Shown: positions 52,643-63,133 of the stretch, one piece after another
How positions within the stretch are numbered: the stretch's first letter is position 1
Layout of the letters: each line of letters opens with the position of its first letter
Assembly (NCBI GenBank): GCA_006226415.1
Contig: SBGZ01000061.1
Coordinates: 7,341 to 71,340 of the forward strand
Reading direction: 5' to 3'
DNA: 64,000 bases
DNA from: Alphaproteobacteria bacterium
GTDB taxonomy: Bacteria > Pseudomonadota > Alphaproteobacteria > M2410
Made by a program: the position numbers and the translations under genes
The notes under the pieces: model-generated
Told to the model about the DNA's origin: nothing
What the model saw: the letters and a program-made list of their open reading frames with translations, nothing else
Databases searched by the model: none

Positions 52643-53308
52643 TTACACGCGGCCTTTGACCGGCAGGCGCGTTCCCGTGACGCCTGAAGCAGCATCGGAC
52701 AGCAGGAATGTAATGACTTGGGCAAGTTCATCGGCTGTGACCCAATCTGCGAAATTGGCATCTGGCATGTCGCGGCGATTGGCAGGCGTGTCGATAATCG
52801 AAGGCTGAATGGCATTGACCCGAATGCCGTCGGATTTAAGTTCCTCCGCCAGGTTTTCAGTGAGGCGCGAGACCGCGGCCTTGGAGGCTGCATAAGCGCC
52901 CATGCCGGCCGCCGCGCTTTCGGAGGCGGCGGCGGAAATGTTTACAATGGATCCACCTGGGCTGGCGAGGATGGGCAGTGCGGCCTTGGACATGTTGAGT
53001 GCTGTTTTGAGGTTGAGGGCCCACATGCGGTCCCAGGTGTCGACCGAGCCCTCTGTTGTCATTTCCCAGACAAAGCCGCCGGCGATATTGACGAGGCCGT
53101 GGAGGACGATATTTTCGTCTTTCAGCGTGCTGATAATACGTTCAGCATCCGCAAAATTGGTAAGATCTGCTTTTCCAAAATAGTGCTCGACCGGGGCGGG
53201 GGTCGTTTCTGCGAGGTCGACGCCTATCACCTCCCAGCCATTTTGATCGAGATGTCTGGCAACGGTTTGTCCAAGAGCTCCGGCGACGCCGGTAACAAGT
53301 GCGCGCAT
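52643..53308 (-). CDS. short-chain dehydrogenase/reductase (SDR)
   Basis: Carries the VTGVAGALG cofactor motif, the YAASKAA catalytic motif (YxxxK) and NAIQPSIIDTP. Confidence 0.85.
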   Translation of the reverse strand: MRALVTGVAGALGQTVARHLDQNGWEVIGVDLAETTPAPVEHYFGKADLTNFADAERIISTLKDENIVLHGLVNIAGGFVWEMTTEGSVDTWDRMWALNLKTALNMSKAALPILASPGGSIVNISAAASESAAAGMGAYAASKAAVSRLTENLAEELKSDGIRVNAIQPSIIDTPANRRDMPDANFADWVTADELAQVITFLLSDAASGVTGTRLPVKGRV

Positions 53309-53454
53309 ATCATTTGTCCGTATTTGTAAAGAAATCGGGTTGGCTGTTGGTTTAGCAAGTGTTCCGCGTGCCGTCTATGGGGCCGAGCTGCTTGTTTTGA
53401 CCTGTGGTTTTGATAGACTTTCCACCAGACACCCAAGGGAAAGGATTTTACATC

Positions 53455-54453
53455 ATGTCGTTTGGCAAAATTCACAGACTCTCTTTGCTTGTGTCCGCTT
53501 CTGCGTTGATCTTATCGGCTTGCGGTGAGGGGAAAAAGGAAGAAGAGACAGCGGTTATCTCACCTGCCGCCACTGAAGACATGACCTCAGCGGTTGTGGA
53601 GGCGCCGGGCCCCAATGTTTTGGAGATCGAGGCGGTTGGCATGTCCTTTGAAGGACCGAGCGAGGTTCCTTCTGGATGGACCACCATTCGCATGAAGAAT
53701 ACCTCCGACATGCTGCATTTTGCGATTGTGGATGTTCTGCCGGAAGGTGTGACCGCTGAAGCCTTTGCCAGTGATGTCGCTGTACCATTCCAAAAGGCCA
53801 TGAATGGTATGAATGCGGGAGACGAGGAAGCCACGAATGCTGCCTTTGGGGAGTTTCCAGCCTGGATTGCGGAATTGGGGCGTAATGGTGGCCCGGGATT
53901 TACTTCAGCCGGACATAACAGTGAAGCGACGGTTTATCTGGCGCCAGGGCAGTATGCGATTGAGTGCTATGTCAAAACGGCGGGTATTTTTCATACAACA
54001 CCGATGGAAGACCGCCCTCTTGGTATGTTGCTCCCTTTGACAGTGACTGAAAGTGAAGCGGCAACAGGTGAGCCGGAAGCCAATGTCACCGTTAATGTGA
54101 CGAATTCTGGGTATGAGATTGTCGAGGGGGCTCTGCAAGTGGGGAGCAATATGATCCGCGTCAATTTTGTCGAGCAACAGGCGCTTCCAACATTTGTAGG
54201 TAACGACATCCATCTGATGCGCGTGTCAGATGAGAGTGATCTCGATGTTGCCAATAGTTGGATGGACTGGAGTGCGCCGGAAGGTATGGAAACCCCGTCG
54301 CCTGTGGAATTTGTTGGTGGGCTCAATGATTTGCCACAAGGAGCACACGGCTATTTTAAGGTGGATCTGGCACCGGGCGATTATGCGTTCATCGGTGAAC
54401 AACCTGATCCGGCCGCTCACGGCTTCCTGCTCCCTGTAAGCGTCTCGGAATAG
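53455..54453 (+). CDS. lipoprotein with two tandem cupredoxin-like domains, function unknown
   Basis: It has a lipobox (ILSACG). An internal duplication is evident because both halves end in LAPG(Q/D)YA...G(M/F)LLP(L/V)(T/S)V(T/S)E. The first half keeps a His...Cys...His...Met set. I prefer ATG 53455. Confidence 0.65.
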   Translation: MSFGKIHRLSLLVSASALILSACGEGKKEEETAVISPAATEDMTSAVVEAPGPNVLEIEAVGMSFEGPSEVPSGWTTIRMKNTSDMLHFAIVDVLPEGVTAEAFASDVAVPFQKAMNGMNAGDEEATNAAFGEFPAWIAELGRNGGPGFTSAGHNSEATVYLAPGQYAIECYVKTAGIFHTTPMEDRPLGMLLPLTVTESEAATGEPEANVTVNVTNSGYEIVEGALQVGSNMIRVNFVEQQALPTFVGNDIHLMRVSDESDLDVANSWMDWSAPEGMETPSPVEFVGGLNDLPQGAHGYFKVDLAPGDYAFIGEQPDPAAHGFLLPVSVSE

Positions 54454-54461
54454 AACTGGAA

Positions 54462-54947
54462 ATGACAGCCATGATACCGAAAATCACCTACAGTCTTGCT
54501 TTCACCCTTGCCTTGACCATGGCATTGAGTGCCTGTGCCTCGGAGGCGCCTTACGGCCCGGCCGCGAGCAGCGCTTCGAGCGGGTATACGCAGAAATCCC
54601 TTGAGGAAGGCCGCTACCGGGTGACCTATCGTGCTCGTACGGCGGAAGCTGCTCGTGATGGGGCGCTCCGCCGGGCGGCCGAGATTACGCTTGGCGATGG
54701 CGCCGAGTGGTTCCAAATTGTGCACGCCTATTCAGAGGGAACCGCCGCGCAGCCGCGAACCTCGGTCGGCATTGGTGGCCACTCCGGTGGAGGCGGCTCT
54801 GGGGTTGGTGTGGGTATTGGCATGAGTTTTCCGCTCGGTGGCGGCTCGTCCTACGAACATAGTTTTGAATTCATCGTCGGCTCAGGCGAACGGCCAGAAG
54901 GCGGCGATGTTTATGATGCCCGCAGCCTCTTTCGAGTGGCTGGATAG
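54462..54947 (+). CDS. small lipoprotein (CC0125/CC1285-like) with a Gly-rich segment
   Basis: It has a lipobox (ALSACA), the sequence YRVTYRARTAEAARDGALRRAAEITL and a GGHSGGGGSGVGVGIG stretch. Confidence 0.55.
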   Translation: MTAMIPKITYSLAFTLALTMALSACASEAPYGPAASSASSGYTQKSLEEGRYRVTYRARTAEAARDGALRRAAEITLGDGAEWFQIVHAYSEGTAAQPRTSVGIGGHSGGGGSGVGVGIGMSFPLGGGSSYEHSFEFIVGSGERPEGGDVYDARSLFRVAG

Positions 54948-54967
54948 CTTGTGACCAGGGCTGGGCA

Positions 54968-56122
54968 ATGAAACTCCTTGGCGCCGCGCTTGCGGCCCTT
55001 TTGATGATGCAAGGGGCGGTGCGCGCTGAAGACTTTTCTTTGTCGCAAGCCTGTCCGCCCAGTTTTCAGAAGGTGGATGGGCTTTGCCAGTTTCGCTCGC
55101 TTTATCAGCTTTATCCATCGCTTGAAGGCCAGGGGGTTGGCGGTCTTAAAACTGGCCTACCGCCGATCCGGGACGGGTTTTCACCTCAACAGATTGATCT
55201 GGGTCGCTATCTCTTTTTTGACCCTCTCCTGTCAGCCGATGGCACCGTGGCTTGCGCCTCTTGTCATGAACCTGACAAGGGGTTTGCCGATGGCAGGGGG
55301 CGGGCGATCGGGATCACGGGAGAACCGGTCAAGCGGTCGGCGCCATCGCTTTGGAATGTTGGATTTTTGAAGCGGCTCTTTTGGGATGCGCGCGCCGACA
55401 GTCTGGAAGCCCAAATGGAAGGCCCGCTTTATGATGCCATGGAGATGGGCAACACCCGGGAAGGGCTGTTGGCGGCGCTCAATGGCAACTTGAATTACCG
55501 ACGGCTTTTTGCAACGGCCTTTGAGCGCCCGGCAACAAACGAGATCACCTTGGCGGAAATTTATCTCGCCATTGCCGGGTTTGAATCCAGTCTCATCTCT
55601 CTTAACAGCCGCTACGACTATTATGCCCATGGGCAAGCGGATGCACTTTCAGAGGAAGAAATTGAGGGGCTCAATGTTTTTCGCTCCTTCGTGGCGCGCT
55701 GCGCGGAATGCCATACGCCGCCGCTTTTTACCAATCAGCAGATCGCTGTGATCGGGACACCGGAGCCGGAAGGCATGGCGCGGGACACAGGGGTGGCAGG
55801 ACCCACGGGCGACCCTACGCTGCGTGGCGGTTTTAAGGTGCCCTCGCTTCGCAATGTGGCTTTAACCGGTCCTTACATGCATTCGGGCCGTTTTAAGACG
55901 CTGGAAGAGGTTGGCGACTTTTACACAAAAGGGCGCGGCCATGCGGTGCCGGAAGGTGAAGAGCTTTATTTGCATTGGCATATCTGGGAGCCGCAGTTGC
56001 GGCCGGAGGAAGTTAAAAGCGTTGCGGCTTTTCTTCAGGCGCTCACCGATGAAAGCATGAAACCGGAGACACCTGCCGCGGTGCCTTCGGGGCTTCGCGT
56101 TGGCGCGCGCGTGCTGGATTAG
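54968..56122 (+). CDS. di-haem cytochrome c peroxidase / MauG-family enzyme
   Basis: A signal peptide and two CxxCH sites (CASCH, CAECH) are present, along with the PSLRNV motif typical of the CCP/MauG family. Confidence 0.9.
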   Translation: MKLLGAALAALLMMQGAVRAEDFSLSQACPPSFQKVDGLCQFRSLYQLYPSLEGQGVGGLKTGLPPIRDGFSPQQIDLGRYLFFDPLLSADGTVACASCHEPDKGFADGRGRAIGITGEPVKRSAPSLWNVGFLKRLFWDARADSLEAQMEGPLYDAMEMGNTREGLLAALNGNLNYRRLFATAFERPATNEITLAEIYLAIAGFESSLISLNSRYDYYAHGQADALSEEEIEGLNVFRSFVARCAECHTPPLFTNQQIAVIGTPEPEGMARDTGVAGPTGDPTLRGGFKVPSLRNVALTGPYMHSGRFKTLEEVGDFYTKGRGHAVPEGEELYLHWHIWEPQLRPEEVKSVAAFLQALTDESMKPETPAAVPSGLRVGARVLD

Positions 56123-56185
56123 GGCGCAAGCCCCTGCTAGGCTGGCGACTCAAGATTGAAGTTAACTCTGGGGAGGGTTGGTCTC

Positions 56186-57715
56186 GTGGAACGTCATCTG
56201 AAATGGATTGTGCCGGTCGGCACCGCTGCTATCGGCCTTGTTCTTGGCGCTCTGATTTTTGGCGGCGGCGACAAACCGCATGACGAGGTCCTGGTGGCAG
56301 CCAACCCGCTTTTTTCAGGCGGCGATGGCGGCTCCCTGCAGGGCATGCAGGTCACGGGCGTGCGGCATGAGGTTCATGACGGGGAGAGCATTCAGGCAGC
56401 GGTTAAGGCGGCGAAGGCTGGCGATGTAATCGCTGTTTATCCTGGAACCTATCATGAGACGGTTTATATCGATAAGAGCAGCATTACGATGACCGGGGTT
56501 GTTCGCGAGGGCCGATATCCGACCCTTGATGGCGAGAAGAAGCTCAATGATGCTTTTCTTTATTCGGGCGACAATATCACCATCGAGAATTTCAAGATCA
56601 TCAATTACAAGGGCAATGGGGTGATGGGGCAGGCGGGCAACAATTTTGTCATCCGCAATAACCTCATTCATGACGCCGGGGTCTACGGCATCTTTCCCGA
56701 GTTCGGCAAGAACGGGTTGGTGGAACACAATGTGCTTTCCGGCATTGAAGATGCGGCGATCTATATCGGCATGTCGGACAATGTGGATGTGCGCCACAAT
56801 AAGGTCTATGACAATGTGGCGGGGATTGAGATTGAAAACTCACGCCATGCTCTGGTGGAAGGCAACTATGCCTATAACAACACGGGCGGCATTCTGGTTT
56901 TCATTACACCGGGCCTGCCGATTAAAACCACCTATGATGTGATCGTGCGCGATAACTTTGTGCTCGACAACAATCACGAAAACTTTGGCGCTCCGGGCTC
57001 GATTGTTTCCGGCATCCCGGCGGGCACGGGGATCCTTGTCATGGCGGCGGACGATGTGGTGATCGAAAACAACATCATAGCTGGCAATGATAATGCGGGG
57101 CTCATCGTGACCGATATTTCGTCTGTGACCAATGTGGCGAGCGATCCGGAGTCTGAACCCAACCCGGATCGGGTGCGTATTCTCGAGAACGTTATGTTCA
57201 ACAATGGCAATAATCCCATTGGTGAGCTGAAGGCTCTGATGTTGACGCAGTTGGAGACCAAGGGGCCGGATATTGTCGATACCGGGGCGGGCTCTGACAA
57301 ATGCGTGATGAATGGCGCGCGCTACCGGGCCTATGGGCTTGGGAGCTATCGGCCTTGCCGCGCTGATGAAATCTCGACAGCGACAATTGCCAGCATGACC
57401 TTGAGCGCGCCGGCCGAGCCTTTTGTGATCGCGGCGGACACTCAAGATGGGTATGAACGTATCGTGGGCGAGCGGGCCTATTACGGCGTTTGTACCGGCT
57501 GCCATGCCTATGGGGTGCGCTTGATTGGTCCTCCGGTGACGGAGATCCAGGCGATCTATGAAGACAATCCCGAAGCGCTCGCCGCCTATATTGCCGATCC
57601 GGTGAAGGTGCGCGAAAATTTCCCTGAAATGCCGCCGCAGGACTATCTCTCCGAAGAGACGCGCCTCGCGGTTGCCAAATATATTCTATCGACGACCAAT
57701 ACGGACGGGCGGTAG
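56186..57715 (+). CDS. NosD-like right-handed parallel beta-helix protein fused to a C-terminal class I cytochrome c domain
   Basis: It has an N-terminal anchor and repeated N.I..N...GI beta-helix rungs. The C-terminus carries CTGCH plus a distal EMPP Met ligand. GTG 56186 follows a ggggaggg SD; the track starts at TTG 56156. Confidence 0.7.
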   Translation: MERHLKWIVPVGTAAIGLVLGALIFGGGDKPHDEVLVAANPLFSGGDGGSLQGMQVTGVRHEVHDGESIQAAVKAAKAGDVIAVYPGTYHETVYIDKSSITMTGVVREGRYPTLDGEKKLNDAFLYSGDNITIENFKIINYKGNGVMGQAGNNFVIRNNLIHDAGVYGIFPEFGKNGLVEHNVLSGIEDAAIYIGMSDNVDVRHNKVYDNVAGIEIENSRHALVEGNYAYNNTGGILVFITPGLPIKTTYDVIVRDNFVLDNNHENFGAPGSIVSGIPAGTGILVMAADDVVIENNIIAGNDNAGLIVTDISSVTNVASDPESEPNPDRVRILENVMFNNGNNPIGELKALMLTQLETKGPDIVDTGAGSDKCVMNGARYRAYGLGSYRPCRADEISTATIASMTLSAPAEPFVIAADTQDGYERIVGERAYYGVCTGCHAYGVRLIGPPVTEIQAIYEDNPEALAAYIADPVKVRENFPEMPPQDYLSEETRLAVAKYILSTTNTDGR

Positions 57716-57771
57716 GCCAGGCTTTTGTTTGCTGCCCTGGACCCCCGCCTTCGCGGGGGAACAGATTTTAC

Positions 57772-59505
57772 TTACTCCGCCGCCATCGTCGTGGGTGCTC
57801 GTTGCGCGCCGCGAACCAACCTGCCGGGCAGAGCGCCGGTGGGTTTACCGCCCGACATAACCTCCACACCGCTGACAAATGTCGCCTCATAGCCTTTTGC
57901 GTCCTGGAAGAGACGCTTGCCGCCTGCTGGCAGATCATAGGTGACGCGCGGTGCATTGAGGGTCAGACCGTCATAATCGATGAGATTGATGTCGGCCTTG
58001 TAGCCGGGTTTTAAGAGCCCCCGATCCTTCAGGCCGACCGCTTTGGCGGTCTCTTGTGTTTGGGCCTTAATCACTTGCGCGAGATCCAGCTTCGGGCCGC
58101 GCGTGCGATCCCGGGTCCAATGGGTCAGCATATAGGTGGGGAAAGAGCCATCGCAGATGATGCCCACATGGGCGCCGCCATCGCCAAGGCCGAGCACGGT
58201 GGACGGGTGCTCGATCATTTCCCGCGAGGGTTCAAGGCTGCCGCTCGCGTAGTTCAGGAAAGGGTAGAGCAGCATGGCGTGGCCGTCCTCAGCCAGCATG
58301 AGGTCGAGCGCAAGTTCCTGCGGGCTGATGCCTTTGGCGCGGGCCTGCGCCCCGAGGCACATGTCCGGCTCGGGCTCATAGTTGGGCGGATCGCTTAAGG
58401 GAAACATATTGTCAAAGTTGCGCAACACGGACTTCATGAAAGGGTTTTCGCTGGCCCCTTTGTCAGAGAGCAATCGCGCGCGGAACTCAGGATCTTTCAG
58501 AATACGAACTTTTTCTTCCAGAGGCTTGTCAGCAATTTCCTGGAAGGCCGGATGGCCGGTGAAGGGGTTGAGGGTGAGCTCGAGGCCGAGGAGAAGACTG
58601 ACAGGGCGGCCGCAGACCTGGGCTCGCATTTCAAGGCCCGCGTCATTGGCGGCTTTAAGGCCTGCCAGGATGCGTTGATAACTGAGCGGCGCCACCGGGC
58701 TTTGCGCCAGGGAAACCGAGAGGGGGCGACCCGAGGCTTCCACCAAATGGCGCAGCATGTTGAACTCGCGTTCGGGGTCGTCGAAATCGGTGACGAATTG
58801 CAAGACGCCGGTGCCGGCTTCCTTCAGCCCCATGGCAATGCCCAGGAGCTCTTCCTCCGCCGCTGTGAGTGTGGGGGTGGGGTCGCCCTTGGAGGTGCGG
58901 TGGTTCAAGGTGCGGGAGGTGGAAAAGCCGAGCGCGCCGGCCTTGATGGCCTCGCGGGCGAGCTCGGACATTTGCGTAATTTCATCGCTGGTGGCGGCTT
59001 CGCGGTTGGCGCCGCGCTCGCCCATGACATAGACCCGGAGCGCGGCATGGGGAACCTGCGCGGCAATATCGATGTCATGAGGCCGTGCCTCCACGGCGTC
59101 GAGATATTCCGGGAAGCTCTCCCAGTTCCATTCAAGCCCTTCGGCGAGGACCGCGTGGGGGATGTCCTCCACGCCCTCCATGAGATGAATGAGATTGTCG
59201 TGGTCTTCCTGGCGGCAGGGGGCAAAGCCGACCCCGCAATTGCCCATGACGGCGGTGGTGACCCCGTGGTTTGAGGAAGGCGAAAGCTCAGAGCCCCAGG
59301 TGGCCTGGCCATCGTAGTGGGTATGGATATCAACAAAGCCGGGCGTGACCAGAAGGCCGTGCGCGTCAACCTCACGGGCGGCCGAACCGGTGATGTCGCC
59401 CACGGCGGCAATTTTGCCGTCCTTCACCGCCAGATCGCCGGTAAAAGGCGCCGCGCCGGAGCCATCGACAATCGTGCCGCCGCGTATGATGAGATCGTAG
59501 TTCAT
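57772..59505 (-). CDS. N-acyl-D-amino-acid deacylase (D-aminoacylase) family amidohydrolase
   Basis: The N-terminus is YDLIIRGGTIVDGSG...GFVDIHTHYDG. ATG 59505 follows a GGGAGGA SD; the track's N-terminal extension is rejected. Confidence 0.85.
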   Translation of the reverse strand: MNYDLIIRGGTIVDGSGAAPFTGDLAVKDGKIAAVGDITGSAAREVDAHGLLVTPGFVDIHTHYDGQATWGSELSPSSNHGVTTAVMGNCGVGFAPCRQEDHDNLIHLMEGVEDIPHAVLAEGLEWNWESFPEYLDAVEARPHDIDIAAQVPHAALRVYVMGERGANREAATSDEITQMSELAREAIKAGALGFSTSRTLNHRTSKGDPTPTLTAAEEELLGIAMGLKEAGTGVLQFVTDFDDPEREFNMLRHLVEASGRPLSVSLAQSPVAPLSYQRILAGLKAANDAGLEMRAQVCGRPVSLLLGLELTLNPFTGHPAFQEIADKPLEEKVRILKDPEFRARLLSDKGASENPFMKSVLRNFDNMFPLSDPPNYEPEPDMCLGAQARAKGISPQELALDLMLAEDGHAMLLYPFLNYASGSLEPSREMIEHPSTVLGLGDGGAHVGIICDGSFPTYMLTHWTRDRTRGPKLDLAQVIKAQTQETAKAVGLKDRGLLKPGYKADINLIDYDGLTLNAPRVTYDLPAGGKRLFQDAKGYEATFVSGVEVMSGGKPTGALPGRLVRGAQRAPTTMAAE

Positions 59506-59634
59506 TGTATGTCCTCCCTGGCGCTCTAGTAGAGCCCTGAACTTTGAAGAGGTCAATATGAGGACCAGCAAGGGCGGGCTTTGCAAGCGCCGCGCTTGTG
59601 CCTAAAGTTGCAAGAAAAAGAGGAGGAGGCCCCC

Positions 59635-60636
59635 ATGGCACGCACGGCTGAGGAACAGAGCGCCTGGCTGGACCAGGTGCAGGAAGTGATAATTGATCCG
59701 GAGCGGCGGATTATTGATCCCCATCACCACTTGTGGCGCAATCGGGAGCGGCCCTATCTTCTGGATGAGCTTTGGGCGGATACGGGCACGGGGCACAAGG
59801 TTGAAAAAACGGTCTTCATCGAATGTGGCTCGGAATATCGCGCGGCAGGTCCTGAGCATCTGAAGCCCGTGGGGGAAACCGAATTTGTCGCGGAAATCGC
59901 CAAGGCTTCGCGGGCCGGACCGGGTCCCGAGATCGCGGGCATTGTGGCGCATGCCAATCTCTTGTCGGACCGGCTTGAAGAAATTCTGGATGCCCATGAA
60001 GAAGCCGCAGATGGGCTCTTTCGCGGTATCCGCCATTCGGGCGCCTTTGATGACGCGCCTCAGATCCGCGCCGGACATTCCAACCCGCCGAAAGATCTTT
60101 TCCTGCATCCCACCTATCAGGCATCGGTGCGCGAAATTGGCGCGCGCGGTCATACTTTGGATGTCTGGTGCTACCACAAACAGATACCCCAGGTTACTGA
60201 GCTGGCCCGCGCGGCGCCGGAAACCATCCTTATCTTTGATCACTTCGGCGGGCCGCTCGGCATCGGGCCCTATGAGGGGCAGCATGCGGAGATTTTCAAA
60301 CAATGGCGCGAGGATGTGGCGGAACTTGCCACCTGCCCCAATGTGCATGCCAAGCTTGGCGGTTTTGCCATGGTGGTCAATGGTTGGGGCTGGGACAAAC
60401 GCGGCAAGCCTGCGACGTCGGATGAGCTCGTGGCGGCGCAAGGGGATTGGTACGCCCATACGCTGGACTGCTTTGGTCCGGAGCGCTGTCTCTTTGAAAG
60501 TAATTACCCGATGGATCGGCAGTCGATTTCCTATGGGGTTTTGTGGAATGCCTTTAAGAAAATGGCCAAAAATTTCTCTGAAGAGGCCAAGGACGCCCTC
60601 TTTTACGGAAATTCTAAACAGATTTATCGGCTGTAA
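59635..60636 (+). CDS. amidohydrolase-2 (TIM-barrel metal-dependent hydrolase) family protein
   Basis: Has IDPHHHLW at the N-terminus and DHFG plus a late D in NYPMD. ATG 59635 follows a gaggaggagg SD. Confidence 0.75.
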   Translation: MARTAEEQSAWLDQVQEVIIDPERRIIDPHHHLWRNRERPYLLDELWADTGTGHKVEKTVFIECGSEYRAAGPEHLKPVGETEFVAEIAKASRAGPGPEIAGIVAHANLLSDRLEEILDAHEEAADGLFRGIRHSGAFDDAPQIRAGHSNPPKDLFLHPTYQASVREIGARGHTLDVWCYHKQIPQVTELARAAPETILIFDHFGGPLGIGPYEGQHAEIFKQWREDVAELATCPNVHAKLGGFAMVVNGWGWDKRGKPATSDELVAAQGDWYAHTLDCFGPERCLFESNYPMDRQSISYGVLWNAFKKMAKNFSEEAKDALFYGNSKQIYRL

Positions 60637-60801
60637 AACTGGCTATTTTCTGCGGAATTTTCCGTAATGGGCGCAAATTTCCCATAAATTACTTCAAAAT
60701 TTACGCTTTCTTTACGCGAATTCTATTTTTTAGAACCTGACAAAGCAGCGGGCCTCCCTTTTCCCTTTCAACACCAAGGGCTCGCGCCAGGAGTAAGTAA
60801 G

Positions 60802-60876
60802 ATGATTTTGAAAATTACAACGGTCATGGCCTGCATGTTCTCCGCTTATCTGGTGGTGGTCACAACCTTACTCTAA
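60802..60876 (+). CDS. unannotated 24-codon hydrophobic ORF (MILKITTVMACMFSAYLVVVTTLL)
   Basis: An AGGAG lies 8 nt before the ATG. The product is a single predicted TM helix. It sits alone in a 388-bp intergenic region and is followed about 95 nt later by a strong terminator. Confidence 0.3.
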   Translation: MILKITTVMACMFSAYLVVVTTLL

Positions 60877-60970
60877 CTCACTACAGCATTACCCCGGTTC
60901 GTTTTCCCGCGAGCCACTTCCTCTGGAGTCCTCACACTCACACCCAATCTCAAGGGCTCCAACCAATAAA

Positions 60971-61003
60971 GCCCCGCACTTTTCCCGGTGCGGGGCTTTT
61001 TCT
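60971..61003. terminator. rho-independent (bidirectional) terminator
   Basis: A 9-bp GC stem gccccgcac/gtgcggggc is followed by tttttct on the plus strand. On the minus strand, tttatt follows the same stem after the LLM gene stop. Confidence 0.7.
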
Positions 61004-61024
61004 CATCCAAAATGTTTTGCGAGG

Positions 61025-62062
<1,038 letters not shown>

Positions 62063-62119
62063 AAAAAAAGGCCTCCCAAATTTTTCGTTTGGAAGACCTT
62101 ACGCGGATGACCTTGGATG

Positions 62120-63133
62120 TCAAAGGTCGAAATGGCAGGAAACCTGATGAGGCAGGCCTTCCTTGTCGCCGACTTCACGCAGCTGCGGCGCTTCCTTTTT
62201 GCAGATGTCCTGTGCAAAGGGACAGCGCGGATGGAAGGTGCAGCCCGATGGCGGGTTGATCGGCGAGGGCACATCCCCCGAGAGCACAATGCTTTCGCTC
62301 TTGTTGTGCGGGTCGGGGATCGGAATTGCCGAGATCAGCGCCTTTGTGTAGGGGTGGCGTGGCTTGCGGTTTACCTCATCACCATCACCGATCTCTACGA
62401 CCTTGCCCAGGTACATAATGGCGATGCGGTCAGAGATATGTTTCACCACCGCAAGGTCATGGGCGATGAAGAAGTAGGAAAGATTCATCTCCTTTTGAAG
62501 GTCGTTCAAAAGATTGAGAATTTGGCTCTGGATCGATACGTCGAGCGCGGAAACCGGTTCGTCGCAAATGATCAGTTTCGGATTGAGCGCGATGGCGCGG
62601 GCAATGCCGATACGTTGGCGCTGACCGCCGGAAAACTCAAACGGATAACGCGATGTCGAGCGTGATTGCAGGCCGACGATATCAAGAAGCTCGAGAACTC
62701 GCTTCTTGCGTGAAGCGGCGTCTCCGATGCCTTGAATTTTCAGCGGCTCTTCGATGATATCGCCTACCGTGTGGCGCGCGTTCAAGCTTTCCACCGGATC
62801 CTGGAAGATCATTTGGATGTTGCGGCGACGGGGCTTGAGGCGCTTGGCGGACATATTGGTAATGTCTTCGCCTTCAAAGATCACCTTACCGCCGGTGGGC
62901 TTGTAAAGCCGAATGATGGATTTGCCGAGGGTTGATTTTCCGCAGCCACTCTCGCCCACAATACCGAGCGTCTCTCCCTGGCCAACGGTCAGACTGACGT
63001 CATCGACTGCCTTGTTGAAGACCTTGGCACGCATAAGCACGCCCTGACGCACGGGGAAGTGCATTTTCAGGCCCTTGATCTCAAGGAGCGGTTTGCCGGC
63101 TTTGCCTTTGTTTAACAGGTTGGCCATTCTCAT
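62120..63133 (-). CDS. oligopeptide/dipeptide ABC transporter ATP-binding protein (OppF/DppF type)
   Basis: Contains [23 protein letters not shown] and [12 protein letters not shown], plus the C-terminal oligopeptide-type Cys motif (CxFxxRC). Confidence 0.9.
   Translation of the reverse strand: MRMANLLNKGKAGKPLLEIKGLKMHFPVRQGVLMRAKVFNKAVDDVSLTVGQGETLGIVGESGCGKSTLGKSIIRLYKPTGGKVIFEGEDITNMSAKRLKPRRRNIQMIFQDPVESLNARHTVGDIIEEPLKIQGIGDAASRKKRVLELLDIVGLQSRSTSRYPFEFSGGQRQRIGIARAIALNPKLIICDEPVSALDVSIQSQILNLLNDLQKEMNLSYFFIAHDLAVVKHISDRIAIMYLGKVVEIGDGDEVNRKPRHPYTKALISAIPIPDPHNKSESIVLSGDVPSPINPPSGCTFHPRCPFAQDICKKEAPQLREVGDKEGLPHQVSCHFDL

Noticed and set aside
52718-53329. 203-aa plus-strand ORF opposite the SDR gene
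   Set aside because: It is a shadow frame. The minus-strand product carries canonical SDR motifs (TGxxGxxG-like, YxxxK).
59602-60459. 285-aa minus-strand ORF opposite the amidohydrolase gene
   Set aside because: It is antisense to a CDS that has a strong SD and amidohydrolase motifs, and it has an Arg/Pro-rich shadow-frame composition.
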